A program made the position numbers and the translations under genes. The notes under the pieces were generated by a model. It worked only from the letters and a program-made list of their open reading frames with translations, had not been told where the DNA came from and did no database searches. Below, in pieces: positions 1 through 11,900 of a stretch of 54,038 bases of DNA (position 1 is its first letter; every line of letters starts with the position of its first letter). The DNA comes from Chromera velia. Its lineage: Eukaryota. The stretch spans positions 1 to 54,038 of the forward strand of contig JAHBMJ010000213.1 of the NCBI GenBank assembly GCA_018398765.1. Direction: 5' to 3'.

Positions 1-388
1 GGTTAATATACAACATTAACAAACAGAAGATCATAGGTTCAATCCTCGCTACCTGCCTTTTTAAGGATCAACAAGAAAAGAGACGGGACGTTAACGTCCT
101 GTACTATACAGATTTTGGCCTGTCGCATTTCGATCGAAATCACAGGAAAGACTTCCGAAAGACTTTCTGGAAGACTACTATGAAATCAGATTGATCACTG
201 AATCGCAAGAAAGCTCCATGCTCCTGACATCGATCGAGTCTGTCACTAAGGATCGACCTGAATCGCTCCAGCGACATCAAGCCCTGAAGACCCTTGAACC
301 TCTGCAAGCACTTACTAGCGCCAACCCCTCTAAGTAGGTCTTAACATCGCGTACTTCATAAAACTAGCTAGAAAACTAGTATGAGTAC

Positions 389-3300
389 TTAACCCATTTG
401 ATTCACTTTCGTTTCTGATCTTCCCAATTCTCTTTCTGATCCTGTTTTTCTTGAACCTTCAAAAACACTGGCCGCTTTAGGCCTCTCGCCCTGTCCATTA
501 ACCAAAGCACCAGGCCGCAATCTCACACTCCAGCCAGCACTTCGGAGCAGCGGTGCGCCTTCATTTGTTCTTTCGCCGTCATCCGAGTCCGAACCCAATT
601 CCTCGCTTCCCTCTGATGGTGGAGAAGCATCTCCCAGCTTACTAATGCCAATCTCATTTGGCTTCTCCAGTCTGCCCACAGGCTGTGCAATATCCTTCAA
701 GTTGTGTGTAAACGGCACTGCAGTCCTCCCACTCATGCCGCCTCTCACAGACACTCCTTCTTCTTCTTCTTTCTCTTCTTCGTCTGGAGTCCCCAAATCG
801 TCAGATTCAGATAAGGAGGACGACTCAGTGTGGGTTGCAGCAGAAGAAGAAGGAGAAGAAGAAAAGGGGGAGACTCTGAGGGAATCAATCCTCGACACCC
901 CCGTACTGTCAGACCCCTCTTCGCCCCCCTCTAGGTCACTTTGACTCTCTCCCTCTCCCTCTCCTGTCCCTCCCCCCCCCTCTATTCTCGTTGACGCTGC
1001 GTCCTCCCGTCTCACCAGGAGAGAGGCCTCTTCCTCCATCACGTATCTCACTCTGCTCTGGAGGGCTTCGTGAAGAGACCGCACTGCACGGATCCAAAAG
1101 AGAGAGAGCAAATCGAGGAGAGCAGACACACATCGAAGGGGGGAGGGGGGGTGAAGGAACAAACGAGTACGAACGAAAAGCTAGGGACGAGAGAGAAGGG
1201 AGGAGGGGAGGACCCAAGAAAGCTCTCGCAGTTTTCCTGGAACAGCCTCCAAAGGGAACGAAGGAAGAAACCATTCAGGAAGCAAACGGCTGGTGGAGGA
1301 GTCCTCAGAGTGCCTTCCTTCTCTCATCTCAAGGGTGCACAAGCACCAGGTTGGGTTGCAATTCTTCACGACAACCTGCTCTCAAGGTAAAAAAAAAAAA
1401 GCACATGCAAGAGGATTCTTCTCAAAAAGGCTTGCAGATAGAATTTTAAAAAAAAGAGGGCAGGTGAAACATGAACAGAAAGTTGTTGGAAGGCTACACC
1501 GAGACAGACAGACATGAGTACGTGCTGACAAGCAGACAGAGGGGTTTTCCTTTTTTCTAAAGATGGATGGGCGTTCCCACTTTCTTCCTTGCGGCTCTGG
1601 GTCACGCATCAATGCATTCTCTTAATTCTCCAGCTCACGGGCGGAAGGACGGACATCGGGTCGAGTCTCTGCCCTCCTTCGCTGTCACATTGCTGATTGC
1701 CTCCCTCAGACCCCTGACTCTCCTGTCCTTCTCTGCCCCCCTCCGCAGCTCCGCCCTTCTTTCGGGGCTCCGCAAAGTCTCAGCAACTCGCTCCTGGTGC
1801 TGCAGACAGACAGGGACGAGTTCAATTGAGTCCCCTCTCGGTGCATTCATTTTTCCATTTCCTTTGCAGCCTATTTCTCCCATCACATGAGCATCAAAAA
1901 TGACGGAAAGTGGAGTTAGAAACGTCCACAAGGGCTTGCTGCATGGCTGGGGAGGGACAAAAATTCAAGAGGGAAGGAAGGAAGTCCCCCTCGTAGCCGT
2001 CGTGTGTATCAAGTCAAGCCAGAGGACTGAGAAGGAAACAAATTACAAATACAAGTCAATAGACCCATCCATGCATCCCTCCCTCCCTCCTCACAAAACA
2101 AAAAGGAAGGAAGAAACCCACCCGAGCCCAGACCGCGACTGCCCAGGCTCCAGCCATCATGTAGGTCTGCTCTGCCACTGCACCGTCTTTCGTCTTGACC
2201 ATCGGAAAGGAAGGGACCTGCAGGGAGTGAGAGACGGACCACAGGCAGAAGTAAGAACACATTTTCGTTTTTTTCTTGGGAGCAAGCAAGCAAACGAGCA
2301 GACAGAGAGAAAGGAAGACAGTGTCTGCGGCACGTTCTTTTCCTTTCCTTTCTGCCTTTCATAGATGGAAAAGTGCAAAGGCAGCCAAGCCAGGTCGAGA
2401 ACATGCACAGCCAAAAGAGAGCCCAGAAGGAACAGCTCCTTCCTTTCCAAGTAGGTATGGAGTGTGGGAGGCAGGGAGCAAGGCTTTAAGGTCACACAGA
2501 GACAAGGCAGACATAGTTACCTGTCCAAAGAGACAGACAGAACCGCGCAGCGGACCTACAGACCGGACGCAGTATGAGTAGCGAGAAAGAACGTAGTCTT
2601 GCACTCACTCATTGTCCGTCTCATTCACTGAAGTTGACAAATCAACTTGTGCACTTCATGAACATACCAAATCAATTTTTCGATCCAATCTCCTTCACTT
2701 GAAAAACGGATCACGATGAACACAGAGAGCACCATCCACTGGACAGAATGAACGAGCTTACCCGTTCTTGTGCAGCCTCCAACGTTTTCTGCAATTGCCG
2801 TTGAGGGTGGATCGTCGGGTCAACACCTGCGTGCGTCAATGGATGCATGCGTTGAGATGAGGGCGGTAAGTTGTTTATTATTTCTCTTCAATGTTGTCTG
2901 TTGATGATTGAACGAACAGTCAAAGGTTTACCTGCATTAAAAACGGAGCATCTGAGACAACGCCCCACACTTATCGCCACAAAAAAAACTGTCGTCACTG
3001 ATTGTTTCGTTCAAGACAGTCGCCACATGAATTGTGAGTGAGGTTGTGAGTAAGTGAACGAAGCCCAAAAGAACGCCAAACAAGAGAGACAAGGGTTGCT
3101 TGTGAGTGAGTGGGCGAAGCTCAAAAGGAGGCCCAAAAAAAGAGAAAAGGGAGATGGAATGAGATATACGAACGGTTTTGACCATCAAAGATCGTGATTG
3201 GGTTCGTCAGCGAATGCTAAGCGGAAATTATCTTGTTTGTGCTTTCCGTCCGTCCTTCCTTCCTTCCTGTCTTCCCTCCTCTTTTTTTCCATTTCTTCTT

Positions 3301-3690
3301 TCCTTCTTGGGTTTTTTTCTTCCTCTCGACTCCAATGATCCAACGAAAGACTGAAAGACGGGTCTAGACAGCCAAGAAGGAATCAAAGGAAGAAGAGAAC
3401 TGGCTGACCAATGAATTGACGATAGTGTCTCGCGCTCACAGTCAGCGGCTGGGCGCTGCACACTCACCCAAGGACACGGAGACACGGAGGGAGGGGGAAG
3501 GGAGGTGAAGAGGTAGACCGATAGGTGGAGAGATTGACTCGACAGACATACAGATCGAAAGAGGGAGAGCATGGCGGCCTGCATGTGTTCCATGTCAGAG
3601 GGACACAAATGCAGAACTGCAGAACATATCTCCTTTCTACCGTTTCCTTTTTCGCGATCTGGGTGATGGATCCCCAAGTTCATGCAGAAA

Positions 3691-3735
<45 letters not shown>

Positions 3736-4421
3736 TCCCATTGCGGGCGAAGAAAAGAGAAGATTTTGTGAAGCACTCACTCGAAGACTCTGGATACATC
3801 GTTGATCAGAGCCCCGTGGAGTTTTTGGATTTCCATCAATCTCATGGCGTCTCTGGTGTTGTGAGGAACGCGGGAGAGTTCCTGGACACCCAAAATCCAT
3901 CCAAAAGAAGGGGATGAAGGAGAACCGTCTCCACCTTGCCTCAATTCGTCCCTCTGCCCCCGTCTCTCCAGTTCATTTTTCTGTTGAGAAGACCGGACGA
4001 CCCTGAGGACCCCCAAGGCCTCTGCGGTCCTCTCGTTGAGACTGGAGAGTCCTGAGAGGTCAATCAACCCGACCTTCAGGGGCTGGGCGGAAGGGTAACG
4101 AATCACGGCATAGGAGGCTAGGTTCTTCCCACAGGCAAGACCGAGGGTGAAGGTCGGACGGGCTCGGCTCTGGTCGGAGACGGCAGAGGTTTGTCTGGGG
4201 GCTGAAGAGGAGGGCATCTCCTCTGGTTGCTGCGTTCTTTTCCTTGACGGCCCGGAATGGCGAATGTTCTGCCAGCGCCAACGAGAAGAAACTGAAGTAC
4301 TGAACAGTCTGAAAGTCATGGACTGTCTGCTGGTGTGCTGCTGCACACGGTATATGCCTCCTTTCCCAGTTTTGATTAAAAGGCAAGGCAAGGAGACGGC
4401 TCGAGGTAGAAGGAGAAACAT
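389..4421 (-). CDS. RuvC/RNase H-fold (Holliday-junction-resolvase-like) protein, probably catalytically degenerate and organelle-targeted; 6 exons
   Basis: Exons 4421 (or ATG 4319)-3781, 3455-3409, 2826-2762, 2217-2122, 1799-1655 and 1083-389 join in frame through GT..AG introns (phases 2,1,0,0,1). The product contains FTLGLACGKNLASYAVI, WILGVQE, FDAQPLTVSARHYRQFIG and MMAGAWAVAVW, matching the order of RuvC motifs. The C-terminal tail is acidic and Ser-rich. Confidence 0.65.
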
Positions 4422-5957
4422 TTTTGCGGCCGGAATCTGTGCAAGAGCGTAAACCACCAGCTTCAGACATGACGCTCAAGTAGAAACGTTCGCCTTTCCA
4501 GGTAGAACGAACTCTTGTCAGATCGAGAATCAAATTTGAGATGTCGATTGAGACCTCGCGGTTCAAAATTAAGCGATCGAAGATGTATCGACCGAGATCG
4601 TGTCTGACAGTCACACTTGTGCGCGCGCAAGACTCTCTCGCGTGCGCAGATCGCGCGACGCTCACAATTTCTCTGCTTCCGCGTGACCTTCCGTCCGTTT
4701 CTGCTGCTAACTTCTGGTTCAAGTTGACTGGGAAGTTCGGGTGCTGTCTAGTAGAGTGGAGCTCGAAGATCCAGATTCCGATATGAAGGCATCTACGAGA
4801 CACCGTCGAACACAGATCTCTCGAGAATTCTTCTCTACTCGTAGTGATTCACTCCTTGCGAAGTTATATGAAATCATAAACATCATTAAACATCATTAAC
4901 CGTTTACACAGGATAACATAGGATCTAGGGACTGCTGATTAGTCTTTTCCACCTGCCCATCTTTATCTATCTGTCTTTTTCCAACCAACTTTAATCGCAG
5001 ATCAGTCGCTTAATATAAACAGTATATTTAAATTTCGAATACATCATGATGCATAGCATTGCATTGTGTACTGCGCATGTCAGCTCATGTACGTCTCTGT
5101 CTATGTGTTTCACACAAGGCTACACAATTGTCCAAGAGTAAGACGGCAGGACACTAAGATTTTAGACCCATTAGGACTAAACTTCTCATAAGTTGTTCAA
5201 AGTCCCCTCTGGTGCCGCTTCTTGGGTCATGTAAAGTAAGGGGTCTTCTAACAACTTCAAGAAACTGCAATACACAAATTTTTCACTAGTGTTTCAAAAT
5301 CTAAAACTATAAGCAATCAAAAGAACGTCAACGGCATTTAAGATTTAAGTGAATAATTTTGCTTTAATTTAACTTTAGAATATATCTTTGCAAGTAAATT
5401 GCAACCCGAGCTAGAGAAAGTAACAAACATGTTCTAGAACAAAAAAAACTGTTAGAAAGGTTGATTAAAATCAATAGAAATTCAATTTCAAATCTACTAT
5501 AAAAAAGGTACAGCTAGCTATCGACATAGAAAACGATGGTGCGTCATAGTGATACTCGTAGTCAAATACCATAGAAATTACAAGATGAAAATTATGCCCT
5601 GATTTTGCTAGAGATCCCGGACTCTTTAAAACATATATGTATCATACATGCATGACTAGATGCACCATCATCTGTCCGGACTCCGGAAACATGCGTGGCA
5701 CAAAAAAGCGGTTCTTTCTTCTCTTCGGCCAACAGGTATTCTGTCCCTGCCCCCCCGGTTCAGTAAAATGATGGTCAATTCAACTCCCCCCTTCTGGTCG
5801 AAACTCGAAAGGCCATGCGCGTGTGTCGATCCGCCGATCATGCAGCATCATGCACCACCCTAAAATTGAAAGTCACCCAAATCCTAGCCCAAATCGGATT
5901 CCAAGAGTTCCTTCTTTCCTGGACGTCGCACCTGTAGCTCGATTTCATTGAGTCTAG

Positions 5958-8900
5958 TCACTGCAGCACGCAGTGCGACAACTTTCTTCGGCGTTCCCAG
6001 TCGGTGAGCAGAGCAACGACTTTTTCGCTGTCCCCCCTATAACTCTTTTCTGCAGCTTCAAGGGGTGTATCTCCATCCTGCAAGCAAAAACAGAGGAAGA
6101 CAAATTGTGAATTTAAAGTTGTTGCTTGGATGAAATACAAAAACACGTCGGTACACCTAGCTACTAGTAGGCACCTAGGTTGTGCCCATGTAGGATTTGA
6201 ATTTCAAGAGCACGCACATGCGGCGGGCTTGAAGCTTCAGGGTCAGGGCGACCTAATGTGCTGCCTCCACCATCAATACACAGACAAAAAGAACTGACGA
6301 GTCGAACAGAAGGTCGCAACGACTGCGGGTTTCTGAGTTCTCAAAGAAAAGAAAGAAGTGATGGGTCAGTCAGATTCTTTGGAGAATTCGCAACCGCTCT
6401 AACTATCAAACGGTAGCCATGTGGCTTTTCGCCAGACAGAAGCCGAGGAAAGCACTGCTCGAGGCCACTAGAAGAAAGTGGAGAACAGTTTCGCAAACCC
6501 GCTTTCACAAATAGACTGCATGAGTCTACCTAATGTTTACCTATGACGTGTATGAATCCCGATGTTTCCTTTCTTTCCGCTCTCAAAGACGCTGTTGGAG
6601 ACACCAGGAAAAGACCTATAGAACTGACAGAAGAGGAATGGATACAGACACAGGCAAAGCATAAAAAGACACTCAGCAGAAAAAGAGTTCCACTATAGGT
6701 TGAAAAGCAAACGAAAGAGAAACTCGGGAAGGAATCAGGAGAGAAAAGAAAGGAAGAAGCTAGAAGAACAAGAAGACTCACGTTCGTTGCCTTCTTCATG
6801 TCCGCCCCTGCCGCAATAAGGGTTTGGACGACCGCAAAGTTGCCGTCGAATGCTGCGACGTAGAGCGGCGTCCACCCCCTCTGCAACAATTAACCGAAAT
6901 CATCAGACTGACAAGTTGAAAGACTGCAGCACGATTGCTCAACAAGACAAGAGGAGCGATGCGAGACAACGGAAGCGGAAGTTCAACGGTGGTGCCATCG
7001 AGTGCAGATACGTAAGTCTTCGTAGAGAGTAAAGACGTGCGCGCATGCGCAGTCAAGGTGTAGTTCTTTGAACCAGCCGATTTCACAGATTCCATCAAAG
7101 GGTGATGCTATTTGGCTGGACGGCAAAGGAAAGGGGTTGTTTTGAAAGACTGCTTGTGATCCCCTCGACACACATTAAGTAAACAATTCATTCCTGCATC
7201 TGTCCGCCTAACGTCAAAACATGTATGCGAATCCCGAAGTTTCCTTCCTTTCCGCCCTCAAAAAAAACGTTGGAGAAAAACCGACCTGGAGACGCAGCCA
7301 AAGGATAAAAAGGCAACCAGACTGACTATAACAGCAGAGATGGGTAGATACACCGGCAAAGAATTCAAAGGTTCTCAGCAGAAAAATTTTTCCTTTCAGC
7401 TAAGAAGCCAAAGCGACCAAATTCAGCATGGTATCTTGCAAGAAAAGGAAAGAAAAAACAACAGAAAACAGTAGACTTACTTCGTCTGCCTTATTCTTAT
7501 CCGCCCCTGCATTGAGAAGGGTCGACACGACCACTTCGTGGCCCCTCCAAGATGCGAGATAGAGTGGCGTCTGCCCTCTCTGCACCAACAAACAGGAATC
7601 ATCAGACTGACAAATTGAAAAACTGCACATTCCTTTTCTCTTCTCAGGGCTGTAGGAGATGGAAGGAGTACTTGGAGACGAGGGCACCGGGGGGCTGGTG
7701 CCGTAGAGTAGACATTCCAGAGGCTTCGTACAGAGTAGAGGAGTAGATAACTCGTTGTTGCACTTGCTTTACCAAACATGTTGCGTGCGCAGACTGCATG
7801 CGCCTGGCTAAGCGAAGCCGGTGTCTGTTTTCTTTGACCTGCTTGTCGGATGCCCTGAGACACGGAGAGAAAAACCCACGGAAGTGACTAGAGACGAACG
7901 GATGCGGAGGGTCCGGGAGGGACAGAGGCAAAGCATTGAAAGACTGTCAGCAGAATTAGAAAGAAGATTACGTGTAACATCAAGAAACCAAAGCGACCAA
8001 GCGCAGGACGGACACACGGGAGAAAAGAGAGGACGAAGCTAGAAGACAAAGGAGACTCACGTTCGTTGCCTTGTTCTTGTCCGCTCCTTTCTCTAGAAGG
8101 GTTCTCACAACCATGTTGTGGCCTCCCCAAGCTGCAATACAGAGCGGCGTCCACCCCCCCTGCAACAAGAAACAGGAATCACCAGACTCCATGGACATTC
8201 CTTTCATTGCGAGAGTTCCTGGTTTCTCTACCACTAGAACAGTCTGCCTTGAGTCAAGAAGCCCGAGAGAAAAAGCGAGACGCGATGGGGAAAACAGGAC
8301 CGAAAAAAGCTAGTCGGGGCAAAGAGAGAAACTCGAATAGAGACAGGATGGTGAAAGGAAGGACAAAACTCCGAACCTGATGTCTTTTGTCCTTTTCCGC
8401 CCCTGCCTGAAGAAGGATTGGCACGATGGTGTCTTGGCCATAGGCGGCTGCGGTTGCGAGCGGAAACCAGCCGTCCTGCAGCAACAAAAAGCTAGGGGTC
8501 TTCAGAGCGGTAAATCGAAAGACTGCTGTGTCCTCTTCGTGGTGTCATGCACAGAGGCAGACCTGAAACAATCAAAGGATATGTGGAGAGAAAGACCGGT
8601 TGTCATCAGAAGCGAAAGCGGAGACACATTAACATGCGCAAAAACAGTGATCTTTGTTCCTCGCGCTGAAGAAATCCGCCGCATGAAAAATCAAAAACTT
8701 CTTCAAAAGTAAAGCGTCAGAAGCTACCGACAAACAAAGAAGAGGGTGATAAAGAGCTCACTACTACTAGTTGTTCCAAAGCGCTCGCTTGATCCACCAC
8801 CCGATTCAAAATTCTACCCAAACCAAAATCCTGTTTGATTCCCCTAATGCCAGAGGCAAAACTAACTTTCCCACGACTGTTCACGTCAATCAGGCCGAAG

Positions 8901-8968
8901 GTGACCAGTTTGCTGACAGTAGAAGAGTCCGAGCGCTTCACCGCGTCACAGAGCGTCTCACTGCCTCC
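5958..8968 (-). other. Ankyrin repeat block 2 (about 5-6 repeats)
   Basis: Repeats GLIDVN, GWFPLATAA, GWTPLCIAAWGGH, GQTPLYLASWRGH, GWTPLYVAAFDGN and GDTPLEAA are present. Four consecutive exons are exactly 99 nt and phase 0. Confidence 0.9.
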
Positions 8969-11900
8969 CTGGAAAGGGCATGGACACAAAGAACGGGACG
9001 AAAGTCAACAATGTCAAGGCTCGACTGATCTGCATTCTTCTCTGAAATTTCCGCAAAGTTGTGTAATCAAAAGCTCACCGGGCCTGCCTGCCAGCGTCGG
9101 GCTGCACTTTCTGACTTAACAGACTCTCGAGATCTCAGGTAAATCCCACAAAAAAAAGACAGAAATCTGGATACACTCGGCAGCCGGGATTCATTCAAAG
9201 AAAATCAAATCCAGCTTCATCCTTTACCCTGTCTTTCGATTCACAAAAGCCCAACGACCGTTACAATGAAACTACAGGCCGTGCAAGACCGACCAATAGC
9301 ACATTGAGTTCTTCAACGATCTCAGCGGCAGTCAGTCGCTCAGCCGCTTCCTGTTTCCACATCCGGGAGATGGACTCGGCCACTGCGGGGCGCACCGCCT
9401 GTGTGCGTCAAAAAGCGGGAAAGGAAGCCGCCATGCAGAATCAAATGTTGCGCAGCAACCACACGCAACTCAGTGACTATGTATTGAACAGGGACTTTCC
9501 GAACGTATTTATCGGATTTCAATTTCCACCATGTAGTGCATCGGCTGCCACGTCGACCGGCTGTCTGGCTCCTGATTGAATGTCAGCATCGTGCAAAAGT
9601 TGCGAAAGGGACAAGCGAGGGGCAGAAGGGAACAAACGCTAGGAAAGAGATTCCTTTCTCCCGCTTGACAGGCCCTCTTAGACTTTGCCGTTTGTTTTTT
9701 TCTATCTCTTTGCAGCCTCTGCATGCAGCGGCTCATAGAAACTGAGAAATGACATAGCCAAATCTCCCGAAAAGGCAAGCAGCTGACTTTCAGGGAAGGT
9801 CTCGCTCCGTTGAGGACACAGGCGCGAATCTCTTCACGGTCTTTCCTCTTCCAGGCTCTCTCTCCAGAGAGCAGCTCCCAAAAAATCATACCGAGTGCAT
9901 AGACGTCGGCGTTCTCAGTCGGTTGCCCACCCTCCCCCCACTGTTCGGGAGCGATGTACTGAGACGTCCTCCCAGACTCTGCCAGGCCGAAACCAGAAAC
10001 TCGTATTGACGTGCACAAGTCGCCGGTCTCAACCTGTCCAAGTGACTCCGGTCTTCCCTTCACCAAAACATTTTCAAGCTTCAGAACCCCTGGAGCGAAG
10101 ACAGGATCGCCATGCCTGTGCAGTTCAACTAGAGCATCTGCAATGGTCCGAATGATTGACAAGGCAGTTCCCACAGGCACAGGCCCTTCATCTGTCAGCC
10201 TGGTTACGTCAGACTCACATAGCTCCAAGACGAGAAGCCGGCTTCCCGTCTCCTGCAGAGAGCGAACAAACCAGGGTGGACAGAGCTTTGCAAAAGGGCT
10301 TGATTGCAGAGATGTGAGGCAAAGCATATTCAAGGGGCACGGGGTCTACGACAACCTGGTACGCTGTCAACAGATCTCTTCTGTTTTTGCAGAGCACATT
10401 ACCAGGACATAATGAGTCTACTGCACGCTGACCGGGCAGAAGTATTCGCCAAAGGACCTGAGGACATTCGGATGCGAGACTCCCTTCCTCATCACGGACA
10501 CCATCAGTGCCGCTTCCTGAAACTTGTCGCCCTCGTCGACAACCTTCCCGACTACTACAGGCTGCCTGTGAAGCGTTGCCCTGAAGACCGGTCCCAAGTT
10601 TCCCTCCTTGAAGAAGGACGGCTCAGGAATTTGAAGACCGGGAACAGCAGAAAGTATTTCTCTTTCTTCGCGAGTCAAACAAGGAGCGTCTGCCTGAAGG
10701 GAAGCAACATGCATACTATACATACATATGTCTTGCTCACACCCAGCTATATGCATACTCATCTCAGATAGAGGAAGTCTAAAGGCAGGTGTGATAAAGA
10801 GTCAGTGGGCTTCAAAACGATTGTGGTGAGGTGTCTGACGCGAAGGGGCACAGATCTCAAGCCGCTGGAGGGCAAAGTCCAAAGAATAGGAGAGAGAGAG
10901 AGAAAACAGGGACATGTGCATGACAGACCTGACTCTGTCCGCCTTCACCACTGCTACACCGCGAAGCATCCCCGCCCGACAGACCCGCACCTCCGCCATC
11001 TCCGCCGTCTGCTCCAGCGCAGGACACAACCTGTCGGCGACTCTCCCTATCTCCAGAGACAAACGTCCCCCCCCCCAATGCTGCCACAGACGGATGAGTG
11101 CCATCCAGCACCTGCGGGCAAGAAGCTCAGCTACGTCAGCAGCAATGGCGAATATGAGTGGATTCGCGCGTTGCATGCGGAAGTCTAGAAATCGTAAGAC
11201 TCACCTCTCTGCAGCATCTGTTAATTGTGCATCCATCGAAGGAATTCAGCCCCTGTCTGGAAGGATGTGTGCGTGTTCGACGCGGATATCGGAGATCGAG
11301 CCAGAGCTCTGCCTTTTGGGCTCCATCATGAACCTTTTTGGGCGTACACACAGCTTCAGAACAGACGGACACAACAGGCAGAAAAAATGGAAAAGCAGGT
11401 GGACTCTCTGCCATGCAAGACGCCTTGCTGATTGATGCACAACGCCGACCAGATCCTCTGCACCTGCCTTTTGGCGAGCACAGAGATCCTCAATTGCCTT
11501 GATAACGACATCCCGCTGGAATCCCTTGGCCACATCAGCCGGTGTTGCGTTGAACTGCACACAGAGCCCACAAAGAAACTGACACTTGAACGATTATTCC
11601 TCATGAGTAGACTGGACAGACCAAGGCAGCAAACGAGGCATTGGTGTACAGTCTTTCACTGGAGTCCCCGCCACTTTGCTGCCACGCAAGAAAACGAATG
11701 AAAAGATAAGACAGCGACCACAATACAGTGAGCGCACGGTTTCTTTTGAAAGAGCTTTGTCTTACAAGACAGATGTACACTTTCAAAATTTCACCCACCC
11801 GATTGCGAACTTTCAGGTCAGCACCCGCGTTTGCAAGTATTTGGAGGATTTCAACACTACCAAGTTCAGCTGCCCGGTGAGCAGGAGTGCACCCCCTCTG

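Noticed and set aside
1..62. tRNA gene (AAGATCATAGGTTCAATCCT resembles a T-arm/B-box, followed by a T run)
   Set aside because: No anticodon or D arm can be folded from the visible sequence and it is cut by the window edge. It is at most a tRNA-derived relic.
2521..2600. Additional exon of the RuvC-like gene (donor GTAACT at 2520)
   Set aside because: There is no convincing acceptor, and the flanking exons already join in phase 0 without it.
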